36,841 bases of DNA from assembly GCA_019058015.1 (NCBI GenBank), contig JAHLWH010000107.1, positions 1 to 36,841 of the forward strand, given 5' to 3'. The translations under genes were made by a program, and so were the position numbers. Under the pieces are notes generated by a model. The model ran no database searches and was not told where the DNA came from. It saw only the letters and a program-made list of their open reading frames with translations. Positions 28,301 to 36,841 of the stretch are shown here, piece by piece; the stretch's first letter is position 1; the number at the start of each line of letters is the position of its first letter. Source of the DNA: Promethearchaeota archaeon (lineage in GTDB: Archaea; Asgardarchaeota; Lokiarchaeia; Sigyniarchaeales; SOKP01).

Positions 28301-29386
28301 GAAGGGGAGATTCTTTCTTTTAAATACTTAGAAGATTTAACATCAAGAGGGTTAGCCCTCAATTTTAATAGAGATGAATTTAATATGCCAGGAATTACGT
28401 CTTTTTTCATGAATATAATAGATGAATACTACATGAGTACATTTAATCAAATTAATGAATCATTCTCGTTTAAACTTGATAGCAGTTTTAAAAACTTATC
28501 AGTTAATCCTAGTGAAATTACTTGGAGTAATAAATTTAATTTAACAGCATATTTACAAACGGAGAATGCACAACCTCTAGAGGATAAGGAAATTAACTAT
28601 TACTTCTTAAACTCTAACAATGAATGGCAAGAACTTTTAGGACCCGATGGAGATAATTATGATAGTACAGATATAAATGGAAGGACAATTGTTGAGGTAG
28701 ATTCAAATCAATTCTTGAAAAATTCATCTGGAAAAATTAAATTGAATTGGACAGGAAATCCATATATATTATCTTCTGAAATTAATTATTCTTTTAATTT
28801 TATTATTTTTTCAAACGAAATTGTTGTAGAATTTTCGACAAATAATACAATATTTTTGCGAAATAAAGAAAATCAGATAAATATTAAAATAAAAAATGTT
28901 GGTACGTCTATACTTACAGATATTAACATTACATTAATATCAAAATTTTCCTATTCAATATCCAAATACAATAATTATGAATTAAATTATCTCGAACCAC
29001 AAGAAACTACTGAAATATCCTATAAAATTTTTATTCCTAATATAGAAGATAATAATATTACTATTTTAAGCAATATTTCTTTTAATACTTTACAAACTAA
29101 TGAAAAAGATGAATTACAATTTTTTCTTACATATGATTTAGATAGTGAATCTCCCTTTACTCAGATTATACAATTATCAATATTATTTCTTTTTATTGGT
29201 ATTAGCTTGTTTTATGTATTAGCTCTCTTATATAGAATAAGAATAAACAAAAAGATAGAAGAAATTTTTGAAAAACCTCCTGAAAGAAAAAGGAAGGGTA
29301 AATATGTGAAAGTTTCTGAATTACGAGCAAAAGAAATAGAGAAAAAAGATTTAGATGAGCTTCTTAAAGAAGAAAAGATAAAATGA
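25364..29386 (+). CDS. Large secreted, membrane-anchored surface glycoprotein (1340 aa)
   Basis: N-terminal hydrophobic signal, dozens of N-x-S/T sequons, Ig/CARDB-like C-terminal segment (IKIKNVG...L.PQE), C-terminal TM and a charged tail. Confidence 0.85.
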   Translation: MVIQVNIKKSKLECIFLVIILTFLILNSLIITPNNLTFQNNENSLDSPIKYKKDNPTMSQTDLDNPIYGDGLNQTVRAYMKNISTSIMTNGSFNITAPNLNSKLTAGEFNFTFDRNYNTTYEIEDDSVYDYPIIKFPFDNATENLISGNNISGGIAEITDDNPSSYWKINSTSSPGVINFTITANFSSSKDLFSFNYYNISRIDVDFTINLTKDVYLTVKIWDRLEDIWNNISSDIFINSSDLNEKTINLDIINKNLRYINSTGYSIFQFYFRNTMDSFNLSFYEFDAFASSVYELPITNMTYVALEFDLRGNATINGFQTWIRSLNLSAANNSKLVISLYRANATVLRSQINDDSSPAENILIKPEIFIDSIEILNYTNDSIVNFSFTTPITNLNVSNYFFVIKSNISTDAFHLMILPQTAPPPQGFDPDQKNNHLLLKTETDGSSWVKCQELTYGQFDASPFIINVTRGWIPNDILNITIENKTLSNMEISIYPYNQSSTYIWGLGQWIGEFEEPINTSKGAKFEVVLNWNKNITSHLFFSVSYSVTAYSLETATAHYNCTYDDLPKWELNYTFNNERSYFITNWSFLEFWYIYPSYWTPYDLICADYKSKYDVNSSGTLIENGSFGKYVVQNNTIINTTNPNHSGNYSLKLTSFNCIYNMTSYLNFNDSYYWPTNGFMLGDNVSISLNVQDHDVKPVSDGIANASLFLPNGTKLINWNLSDSKGVIDNTFDVTTYNFDNSNIFNSTFSNKKGSYTIGFFWENGTAIGYKKKTFYLSDYDFNIIDCTYDKEEGGNIFEGNLIRADTDLTNYSLLIATVNESKNINTFTINNTISEHFSNDDNLIVEITNFLQNETIISPGEDISFKINVKNKDLYFPFNVRLSIQLVSPINLNWIMTEVNTPNQLLNFTGTPNDSFEFNYNITFINKNPDGTWYGINSPIRLGGCQTKVKVFIENEFCGSWINNDYSIIINDNETVFEGEILSFKYLEDLTSRGLALNFNRDEFNMPGITSFFMNIIDEYYMSTFNQINESFSFKLDSSFKNLSVNPSEITWSNKFNLTAYLQTENAQPLEDKEINYYFLNSNNEWQELLGPDGDNYDSTDINGRTIVEVDSNQFLKNSSGKIKLNWTGNPYILSSEINYSFNFIIFSNEIVVEFSTNNTIFLRNKENQINIKIKNVGTSILTDINITLISKFSYSISKYNNYELNYLEPQETTEISYKIFIPNIEDNNITILSNISFNTLQTNEKDELQFFLTYDLDSESPFTQIIQLSILFLFIGISLFYVLALLYRIRINKKIEEIFEKPPERKRKGKYVKVSELRAKEIEKKDLDELLKEEKIK

Positions 29387-29419
29387 GCATATAAATACGA
29401 TAAAAAATATAAGAAAAAA

Positions 29420-29776
29420 TTATTGATTACTTAAAACATTAATCAGGTTACGCCTTATTAGTGCCAATGAAGATAATGCATCATTTCCAGCTAAAGCAAT
29501 TAAAATTAATTGTTCTGATCCAACCAATATTAAAAATCCATCTTCTAAAGTAAGAGTAATATTTTGTAATTTACCTTTTGAAATATCTGTTCCGACCTCA
29601 TCACAATTCTTAATAATATTAACACAGTCTAATGCAATTTTCTTGTGGTCCATTTCTGTTAACGTTTGACCAATAATTATATTACCTTGATTATCCGCTG
29701 CGATCAATCCTTCACATACCTCAACAGCATCCATCAAACTTGCAAGAGATTGTTCGAGTTTTTCTTTATCAACCAT
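29420..29776 (-). CDS. Roadblock/LC7 domain protein
   Basis: LEQSLASL...EGLIAADNQGNIII...LQNITLTLEDGFLILV. Confidence 0.85.
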   Translation of the reverse strand: MVDKEKLEQSLASLMDAVEVCEGLIAADNQGNIIIGQTLTEMDHKKIALDCVNIIKNCDEVGTDISKGKLQNITLTLEDGFLILVGSEQLILIALAGNDALSSLALIRRNLINVLSNQ

Positions 29777-30017
29777 TTATTTGACACTTCAATTTTTATT
29801 TTCTATAAAACCCTTAATACATTTTAAAGGAATATAATAATATATTAATACCTTTATTTTAATTTAAAATTTTATCTAAGAAGGCATTTTAGTTCAAAAT
29901 TTCAAATTCAAAATAATTGAAAATTTTCACAAAAACTCATCTTTATTATATAGAATCAGTTTTTATATAAAAAACATAATTGTGAAATGGAATTTTTTAA
30001 AAAGTTTAAATATACTT

Positions 30018-30302
30018 TTATTTTAAAACTATTAGAATAAACATATCTTCTTTTGCGACCATTACCTCGCCTTTACTAGTTTCCAGTCTGATAAATTTTA
30101 GATCTCCTTCTTGAAGGGACTTAACACATTGTTCTCCTTTTCCAATAAGAGAAGTTATATAAGCACTCACATTTTCAGCAATTTCTATATCAAGATTACT
30201 TTTAATTGGAAGACCATTAGAATCTGCGATGATAACGCCACGAACTCCTTCCTTTTCTTCAAATCGTCTTATTATGGCTTTTATTGCTTTTGAATCAATC
30301 AT
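30018..30302 (-). CDS. Roadblock/LC7 domain protein (dynein light chain roadblock-like)
   Basis: EGVRGVIIADSNGLPIKSNL...LKFIRLETSKGEVMVA...LIVL. Confidence 0.92.
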   Translation of the reverse strand: MIDSKAIKAIIRRFEEKEGVRGVIIADSNGLPIKSNLDIEIAENVSAYITSLIGKGEQCVKSLQEGDLKFIRLETSKGEVMVAKEDMFILIVLK

Positions 30303-30469
30303 TGTTAAAAAGACCTAATCTATTTTAAAAAATATCTTTGTTAAATTTAATATTACGCAGATATTATTTATTTATTTTATTTTTTTTATATATCTTTTTA
30401 ATAAGAGAATTTAAATTTAAATCTTCACTTAAAAACAATTTTGTATGAACTGATCTTGGTTTTCTAATA

Positions 30470-31369
30470 ATGGAAAAGGTTCCAAATCGCATAATAAATC
30501 AGTCTTTATTAAATAAAGAAAATATTGACTTAATGAATGAATTTTCTGCAAATCAAAATTATAATCTTCTTTTAAATGAAATGAGTTTAAAAAAAATTAT
30601 TAGAAGAAATATTTGGAATTGCCATTTAGATTCTATGCTAATAAACTATATTAACGATATCAAGCAAGAAAAAGAAGAAATTAATTTCCGTAAAAGTGGT
30701 AAAATACTATTTTCATCATCTTATTTACTCAAAGCAAAAACCAAACGTATCATAAATGATTCACTTGATACACAATATAGTATCGAAGAAATGGAGGAAA
30801 TAAATGAAAATAATTTTGAAGATGAAATTTTTGATGGTTATGTTGAAAAAACTGATGTTAATAGGCATTTAGACTTAAGAACAATAAATCAAAAAATAAA
30901 TAATAATGAAATCTGCCTGAAATCACCAAAAAATATGGTTTATAAAGCGATTAATTTAAATGATTTAGCTCTAGCATTAACAGAAGTAATGAAAATCAAA
31001 GGTAAAGAAAAAATATCAAGAAAACCAAAAGGTAATATTAAGGAACAAATTAGCTTTCTTCCTAAAAGTCTTATTGAAAATAATAATAAAAAACGAGAAA
31101 ATCTAAATATAAGAATTCAAAAGTTTTATAATAAACTCTTAAAAGTATATGATAATGAACCAATATCTTTCCTAGATTTACTTAATAAGCCAAATAGGCA
31201 GAGCTTAGTCGATTTATTGATATATATCTTATATCTGTGTAATAGAAAAAAGATAAAAATTTGGCAAAGAGTTTCTCAAGAAAACATTAATGATGAACAA
31301 GAATCTAAAAGTGAAAATTATGAAAATTTAGATAATGATACCAACATCTATATCTCTCCAGTCTTATAA
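30470..31369 (+). CDS. scpA: ScpA-like kleisin (segregation and condensation protein A)
   Basis: NIWNCHLDSMLINY...INFRKSGKILFSSSYLLKAKTKRI (ScpA N-terminus); C-terminal winged helix ISFLDLL...ILYL...KIKIWQ. Confidence 0.75.
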   Translation: MEKVPNRIINQSLLNKENIDLMNEFSANQNYNLLLNEMSLKKIIRRNIWNCHLDSMLINYINDIKQEKEEINFRKSGKILFSSSYLLKAKTKRIINDSLDTQYSIEEMEEINENNFEDEIFDGYVEKTDVNRHLDLRTINQKINNNEICLKSPKNMVYKAINLNDLALALTEVMKIKGKEKISRKPKGNIKEQISFLPKSLIENNNKKRENLNIRIQKFYNKLLKVYDNEPISFLDLLNKPNRQSLVDLLIYILYLCNRKKIKIWQRVSQENINDEQESKSENYENLDNDTNIYISPVL

Positions 31370-31468
31370 TTAACTTTATTTATAAAATTGTTTATAGAAA
31401 AGATATATTTATCTACTTTCTAATATATTCATATAATTTAATTTAATAAAATGGATTTATAGTTTAAC

Positions 31469-33061
31469 GTGACTCTTGGCTATTTTGGACTCGTTTTACA
31501 TGCTCATATTCCTTATTGTAAAAAGTCTGGAGTGTGGCCAGCCGGAGAAATTTGGTTAAATGAAGCTCTGATGGAGAGCTATATTCCCTTCTTGAATATA
31601 TTACGAGAATTAAAAGAAGGTGGAATAAAGACTGCTATTACCGTTAATATTACACCGATTTTAGCCGAACAACTGGTTGACGAATATATGAAACAACGTT
31701 TCTCTGAGTACTTGGAAGACTGGATAAATCGAGCGAAATCAGATGTAAAACGATTCGACAACCACCAAGAAAGGAAAAAAATTGCAGAATTCTACTTAAA
31801 AAACTATGAGAAAGTTCGACACACCTATTATCATAATTATTATAGTGATATTTTAGGCACATTTAAATGGCTACAAAAAGAAGGGATGATCGAAGTAATA
31901 ACTAGTGGAGCTACTCACGGATTTTTACCGCTGATGGAAAGCGATTCGGGAGTTTTTTCACAAATTCAAATTGGTGTGGATACATACAAAAAATATTTCA
32001 ACAAGGACCCCATAGGATTTTGGCTTCCAGAATGTGCTTACAGACCTAAAGAATTAAAAGATGGGACAGTTAGAGAAAGCTTAGATTATTGGTTAAATAA
32101 CTCTGGTCTGAAGTATTTTTTCGTGGATACTCACGGAATACTAAACGCTGAAATTCTCGAGAAAAAAAACGATATTGGACTACATACTAATTTCGGTTAC
32201 AAATTAGAGAGCGGAGTTTCAGTTTTCGGGCGAAATGAAAACACTGGAAGACAAGTGTGGGACGCAAAAATTGGATATCCTGGGGATCCTGCCTATAGAG
32301 AGTTTCACAGAAAAGACCACGAATCTGGCTTAAATTATTGGAGAATTACGGGAAAAGATATTAATTACCAAAATAAATTCCTTTATAACCCTTTTGATGC
32401 TAATAAAACAGTTCAAAACCAAGCAAATCATTTTATTGCACTCTTAAATCAAGAAATCCCTCTCTTCTATGAAAATTTTAATAAAAAGGGACTAATATTG
32501 TCCCCCTACGATTTTGAGCTCTACGGGCACTGGTGGATAGAGGGGATTGCTTGGCTGAAAAAAGTGTTCGAATTAGTCTCTGAAAGTGAAAATATAGGCA
32601 TGACAACAATTTTTGATTATGTTTCGAAATTTGAAGATGAGTTTTCAATCATTAAAATGGGACAGAGCAGTTGGGGAGAGGGCGGTCATTATCAAGTGTG
32701 GAAAAATAAGGAGCATATCTGGATTTGGACATATATAAACTCAAGCATTATAGAATTCGAAAAAATATTGGAAGCAAATCCCAATCCTGACGAATGGGGT
32801 AGAAGAATTTTTAAGCAAATGGCGAGAGAAATACTTTTAATGCAAGGGAGTGATTGGCCCTTTCTACTTTATACTAAACAAGCTAAAGACTATGCAAATC
32901 AGAGATTTCATAATCATCATCAAAGATTTAACAAATTGTTATGGGTTGCAAAAGATTTGAAAGATAAAACTAGAATTAGTATTCAAGAATTAGAAGCAAT
33001 AGAAACTATTGATACTTGTTTTCAGGATATCAATATTAATTACTTTAAGAAAATCCAGTAA
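31469..33061 (+). CDS. GH57 1,4-alpha-glucan branching enzyme (DUF1957)
   Basis: LVLHAHIPY, ESYIP, THGFLP, GFWLPECAY, PYDFELYGHWWIEG, QGSDWPF. Confidence 0.95.
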   Translation: MTLGYFGLVLHAHIPYCKKSGVWPAGEIWLNEALMESYIPFLNILRELKEGGIKTAITVNITPILAEQLVDEYMKQRFSEYLEDWINRAKSDVKRFDNHQERKKIAEFYLKNYEKVRHTYYHNYYSDILGTFKWLQKEGMIEVITSGATHGFLPLMESDSGVFSQIQIGVDTYKKYFNKDPIGFWLPECAYRPKELKDGTVRESLDYWLNNSGLKYFFVDTHGILNAEILEKKNDIGLHTNFGYKLESGVSVFGRNENTGRQVWDAKIGYPGDPAYREFHRKDHESGLNYWRITGKDINYQNKFLYNPFDANKTVQNQANHFIALLNQEIPLFYENFNKKGLILSPYDFELYGHWWIEGIAWLKKVFELVSESENIGMTTIFDYVSKFEDEFSIIKMGQSSWGEGGHYQVWKNKEHIWIWTYINSSIIEFEKILEANPNPDEWGRRIFKQMAREILLMQGSDWPFLLYTKQAKDYANQRFHNHHQRFNKLLWVAKDLKDKTRISIQELEAIETIDTCFQDININYFKKIQ

Positions 33062-33064
33062 AAA

Positions 33065-33697
33065 TTATAAAAAATAATTTTTAAATAAATTCATTGTACG
33101 TTCCTCTCCAATTGTAGTATTCCCCATATGCCCAGGAAATATAATAAAATTATCGGAAAGGTCAATATTATACATAATTTTATTTCTAATACTTTCAAAT
33201 AAGAGTTTTTGATTACCACCTTCAAAATCGGATCTGCCAATACTCCTTCTAAAAATCAAATCTCCAGAAAATAAGATTCCATCAACTGGAAAATTTTTAT
33301 AAAATTTAACACCCTTAGTATAAAAACATAAACTTCCTGGACTATGCCCTGGAGTTTCTAATATATGAAGATCAAATTCGCCCACTTTGATTATATCACC
33401 TTCATTAAGCCATCTACTTGCTTCTTTTTTCACTATTCTTTTATCTTTTTCATTATATATTAATGGAATATGATAAGTTCTAATGAGAGCTCGCATTGCC
33501 CTTGTATGATCAAAATGCCCATGAGTGAGTAAAATTGCGATTGGAATTAAAGAATTATTATCAACAATAGTTTTTATTCGATCGGGTTCTCCTCCTGGAT
33601 CTATAATTACTACTTCTTTGGATTTTTCTGAACCAAATATATAACAGTTTGTAGCCAACATTCCCACGATTAGCTTTTCAAGAATCATAAATCTCAA
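33065..33697 (-). CDS. MBL-fold metallo-hydrolase (glyoxalase II/YcbL-like)
   Basis: THGHFDH, TPGHSPGS, FSGD, PGH. Likely start is ATG 33688. Confidence 0.93.
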   Translation of the reverse strand: MRFMILEKLIVGMLATNCYIFGSEKSKEVVIIDPGGEPDRIKTIVDNNSLIPIAILLTHGHFDHTRAMRALIRTYHIPLIYNEKDKRIVKKEASRWLNEGDIIKVGEFDLHILETPGHSPGSLCFYTKGVKFYKNFPVDGILFSGDLIFRRSIGRSDFEGGNQKLLFESIRNKIMYNIDLSDNFIIFPGHMGNTTIGEERTMNLFKNYFL

Positions 33698-33801
33698 AAT
33701 TAACTGAAGGTTATTAATTTTTTTATAATTTTCTAGAAATCATCAAATTTCTAAGAACGTTGTTAAATAAACGAAAAAAAATAAGGAAATAAAAGAAAAA
33801 T

Positions 33802-34077
33802 CTAAATTATGCCATTCCCTTTAGTAAATAGCTCATTTAATTCTTCTATTTTTTCTAATATAACTATACCTTTCGGCGTTAAGGATATTTCCAACCTTTT
33901 ATTTTTATTCTTTTTTATATTAATAATTTCTCTATCAAGTAAGATTTCTTTAACTCTTAAAAAGGAATTGTAGTAAGAAAATTTGTTTAATTCCTTATAG
34001 AATGTATGCTTATTCATCTTATATTCTTTTCTTTTTGAAAGAATTTGTAAGGTATCCTTGAAACCCTTCTTTTTCAT
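33802..34077 (-). CDS. Small winged-helix DNA-binding protein
   Basis: Basic 91 aa with a MarR-like C-terminal ISLTPKGIVILEKI. Confidence 0.7.
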   Translation of the reverse strand: MKKKGFKDTLQILSKRKEYKMNKHTFYKELNKFSYYNSFLRVKEILLDREIINIKKNKNKRLEISLTPKGIVILEKIEELNELFTKGNGII

Positions 34078-34435
34078 AAGTTCTAAAATTTCTAACGACA
34101 GAATGCTACACCAAACCCTAATCTAAGTTCGAATTTATAAGTAATAAAATTTTTACTCTTTTATAAGTTTTATTTTTTTTAACAATAAAGTTATTTTAGG
34201 AGAATTAATACTCAAAACTAAGTTAAATTTCTTAAAATAATTGGTTTTTTCTTAATTTTTAATGATATAAATTTATGAGTTATGAATATTAAAATCAGAT
34301 ATGGATAAATTTTACATCCAATTAAGAAATTCTTGAAAGATTTATAGAAGTAACTTCATTTTTAAAAGTGTAGTATGAAGATTTTTATTAAAAAATAAAA
34401 AAAATAATAGATTTTGGTTTACATATAAGAAATTT

Positions 34436-34939
34436 CTAATCTAATCCCCGTATTTGAACTTTTGGTTCTATTTTTGAAGCTCCAGCAAATTTTGTTAATA
34501 CTGGGCAGTGACTAAATACTTTTTCCATTCGTTCTTCTACTTTCTCTTTTGGAGCAGATGATTTGATTCTTATAACAGGTTCTAGTTTATCATAACCAGA
34601 TAGCATATTATCATCGAGCCCAAAAAGTGCACCAAGATTAATATGACCACGAGAAAAGACTTTCATCTCTTCTATAGGAATATCAAGAATCATACTCCAG
34701 AATTTAGTAACTGCAATAATACAGGCCCCAATAGAACCTAAAATTGCCAATAAAGGAGAAGGTCCTTGATTTGTTCCTCCTAAGCCTTCAGGAGCATCAA
34801 TTAATACTACATGAGGTTTAGCCCCCATAGAAACTTTTGTCTGCATACCTTCAGAGAGCATCTCACATTCTACATTAAAATTTTTTTCTCCAGCATTGAT
34901 ATCTTTTTTTATGGCTTCATAGGTTTCTTTAAATCCCAT
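34436..34939 (-). CDS. OsmC/Ohr family protein
   Basis: IDAPEGLGGTNQGPSP...GSIGAC...HCPV (two catalytic Cys). Confidence 0.92.
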   Translation of the reverse strand: MGFKETYEAIKKDINAGEKNFNVECEMLSEGMQTKVSMGAKPHVVLIDAPEGLGGTNQGPSPLLAILGSIGACIIAVTKFWSMILDIPIEEMKVFSRGHINLGALFGLDDNMLSGYDKLEPVIRIKSSAPKEKVEERMEKVFSHCPVLTKFAGASKIEPKVQIRGLD

Positions 34940-35169
34940 AAATAATCATTTTTTTAATATTTTTTATTATTTCTAATTAATAATAAAATAATATGAATAC
35001 TTATTAAAAACTTTTTAAAATTTTTGATTTTGAGTTTAAGTAAAATATAATTAATCTATATGTAAAAATCGACAAAATAATTGACTGAATAAGATATTAA
35101 ATAATTGAATTAATTAATATCTCAAGTTTAAAATTTGTTGAATGTTTTCAATCGTTTCTTTTAAATAAT

Positions 35170-36405
35170 TTAATGATATAATAACTCTGTAATGCTTTTA
35201 GTTGATGATGGGAGGTGCCTACTTTCTTTGCGCAAATAATTCATTGCTTTTTCTAATCCTTCTAATGTTAAATTGAACATAGGGAAAATTTTGGATAATA
35301 TTTTCCGGGTATAACATGACCATTCGGGGTTTATAATCTCTGGATTTAACCATACAGAGAAAGGAAAATGATCTTTTAATTTTTGCATATAAATTACCCC
35401 CGGAATTTCATTGCGATGATAGTAGTAAATCGAACCATATCGGTCTGATAATTCATATGGTGCCATCGCTGCGTCTCCAACAATTATTACTCTATACTTT
35501 GAATCATATTTACGAATAAAATCTTCAAATAAAATACTACGATTATCTTCTCGAGCTGCGGTCTCATATAATCGTTCATAGATACAATTATGAAAATAAT
35601 AATATTTAAAATCACGAAAATGAGATAAATGATGAGCAGCAGAAAATAATTTGTTAACAAGCGTAGCATAAGGGGTCATACTACCACCTACATCAAGAAG
35701 TAATAGTACTTTTAGGTTGTTTTTTCTTCTTTTATGAAAAACTAATTCAATATCTCCGCAATTTTTGCAAGTCTCATCAATTGTTTTATCTAGATCTAAC
35801 TCATCTTGCTTTCCAATTTCTTCTAATTTTTTCAAACGTTTCAAAGCGACTTTAATTTGCCTTGTATCTAAAACTATATCTTTTCGATAATCTTTGAAAA
35901 TTCTTTTTTCTGCAATTTGAACCGCCATTCTTGCACCACTAGTGGCACCAACTCTGATGCCAAATGGGTTTTTTCCAGAGTGCCCCCAAGGAGATGTTCC
36001 CTTTTGCCCTATAAAACGATTGCCAAAATTATGAGGTTCATCTTGTTCATTCATGATTTTTTCAAAATATTCCCTTAATTCTTCTAAATCTTTAGGAATC
36101 ATACCCGGCGGCATTTGAAGCTGAAAAGGGAGATTATCAAAATCTAATGGTTGATTTAACCAGTCCCATATCTCGTCTTTTATGGATTGGGGGAATTCTA
36201 CATCCATATCCTTATAAAAAGAAGCAAAACATCTATCAAATATATCAAAATCATGTTCTGATTTCACAAGAATACTCCGACAAGTATAATAATATGAAAC
36301 CATATCGGAAATAAGTCCTTTATCAAATGCTTCTAATAATGTTAAAAATTCCGTTATGCTAACTGGTAATTTTCCCTTTAAAAAATAAAAGAAATCAACA
36401 AACAT
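35170..36405 (-). CDS. vWA domain protein, CoxE-like partner of MoxR
   Basis: LDLDKTIDET, LLLLDVGGSM, YYYFHNCIY, IIVGDAAMAPYEL, WLNP. Confidence 0.92.
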   Translation of the reverse strand: MFVDFFYFLKGKLPVSITEFLTLLEAFDKGLISDMVSYYYTCRSILVKSEHDFDIFDRCFASFYKDMDVEFPQSIKDEIWDWLNQPLDFDNLPFQLQMPPGMIPKDLEELREYFEKIMNEQDEPHNFGNRFIGQKGTSPWGHSGKNPFGIRVGATSGARMAVQIAEKRIFKDYRKDIVLDTRQIKVALKRLKKLEEIGKQDELDLDKTIDETCKNCGDIELVFHKRRKNNLKVLLLLDVGGSMTPYATLVNKLFSAAHHLSHFRDFKYYYFHNCIYERLYETAAREDNRSILFEDFIRKYDSKYRVIIVGDAAMAPYELSDRYGSIYYYHRNEIPGVIYMQKLKDHFPFSVWLNPEIINPEWSCYTRKILSKIFPMFNLTLEGLEKAMNYLRKESRHLPSSTKSITELLYH

Positions 36406-36453
36406 ATTGTTTGAACATTTGATTTTGATTTTTAATTTTGATTATTATTTTAT

Positions 36454-36841
36454 TTATGGCTTTACAGAAAACCCAGCTTGTTTTGAGAGATACCCCATAT
36501 CTTGTTCTTTCTTAATGAGAACTCCCAAAAACGGAATGTCCTTTTCCAAATCAGCAGCAGTTATTCCACTTTTCAATAAAACTCCAATCCAATCTAATAA
36601 TTCTGAAGTTGAGGGCTTTTTTCGGAGATTTTTATATGAACGGAGTGCATAAAATTGCTTTAAACATTGTATTAAAATGTTACTTTTTAGATTTGGATAA
36701 TGTAATTGGCAAATCTGTCCCATAAAATCTTTCTCAGGAAATTCATTCCAATGAAAAACACAACGTCTCAAAAATGCGTCTGGTAGCTCTTTTTCATTAT
36801 TTGAAGTGATTATGACAATTGGACGATAATTTGCTTTAATA
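36454..36841 (-). CDS. MoxR-family AAA+ ATPase, C-terminal part (truncated by the window edge)
   Basis: RPIVIITSNNEKELPDAFLRRCVFH...FP...LRKKPSTSELLDW. Confidence 0.92.
   Translation of the reverse strand, partial: IKANYRPIVIITSNNEKELPDAFLRRCVFHWNEFPEKDFMGQICQLHYPNLKSNILIQCLKQFYALRSYKNLRKKPSTSELLDWIGVLLKSGITAADLEKDIPFLGVLIKKEQDMGYLSKQAGFSVKP

Noticed and set aside
34436-34939. OsmC as a selenoprotein
   Set aside because: Both redox positions are Cys codons, there is no in-frame TGA, and no SECIS-like hairpin was seen downstream.
19857-36652. Other short nested ORFs (19857, 20669, 21156, 22130, 23401, 30111, 31579, 31650, 35487, 36407)
   Set aside because: They overlap well-supported genes on the opposite strand or in another frame and have no motifs.
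1-36841. tRNA, rRNA, CRISPR array, transposase or integrase
   Set aside because: No cloverleaf, regularly spaced repeats or recombinase motifs were seen by eye. The remaining intergenic regions are simply AT-rich.

Overview
AT-rich archaeal chromosomal window whose gene content (longin-small GTPase fusion, longin-TPR protein, tandem roadblock proteins, vWA-RING protein, large N-glycosylated surface protein, frequent TTG/GTG starts) points to an Asgard archaeon, most likely Lokiarchaeia-like. This assignment is an inference. Housekeeping genes include purD, metG, a ScpA-like kleisin, a GH57 branching enzyme, an MFS transporter, OsmC and a MoxR/vWA pair. The main discovery lies in the apparent 1-kb gap of the ORF track (7098-8108). 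It holds two tightly coupled membrane-protein genes with three in-frame UGA codons in total, followed directly by a eukaryote-type SECIS hairpin (AUGA-helix-AAAA loop-helix-GA). This is a candidate bicistronic selenoprotein operon. The first product is a membrane-anchored Kre9/KNH-like Ig-fold protein with a U-x-C motif and a SelS/SelK-like C-terminal GGGUG end; the second is a 43-aa single-pass peptide. Other notable items are a TFIIH p44/Ssl1-like vWA-zinc finger protein, a divergent RtcB-like ligase, an RGG/Tyr-Arg-Trp low-complexity membrane protein and a degenerate orphan Mrp/Nuo antiporter subunit. All family assignments come from motif recognition by eye; no database searches were run.
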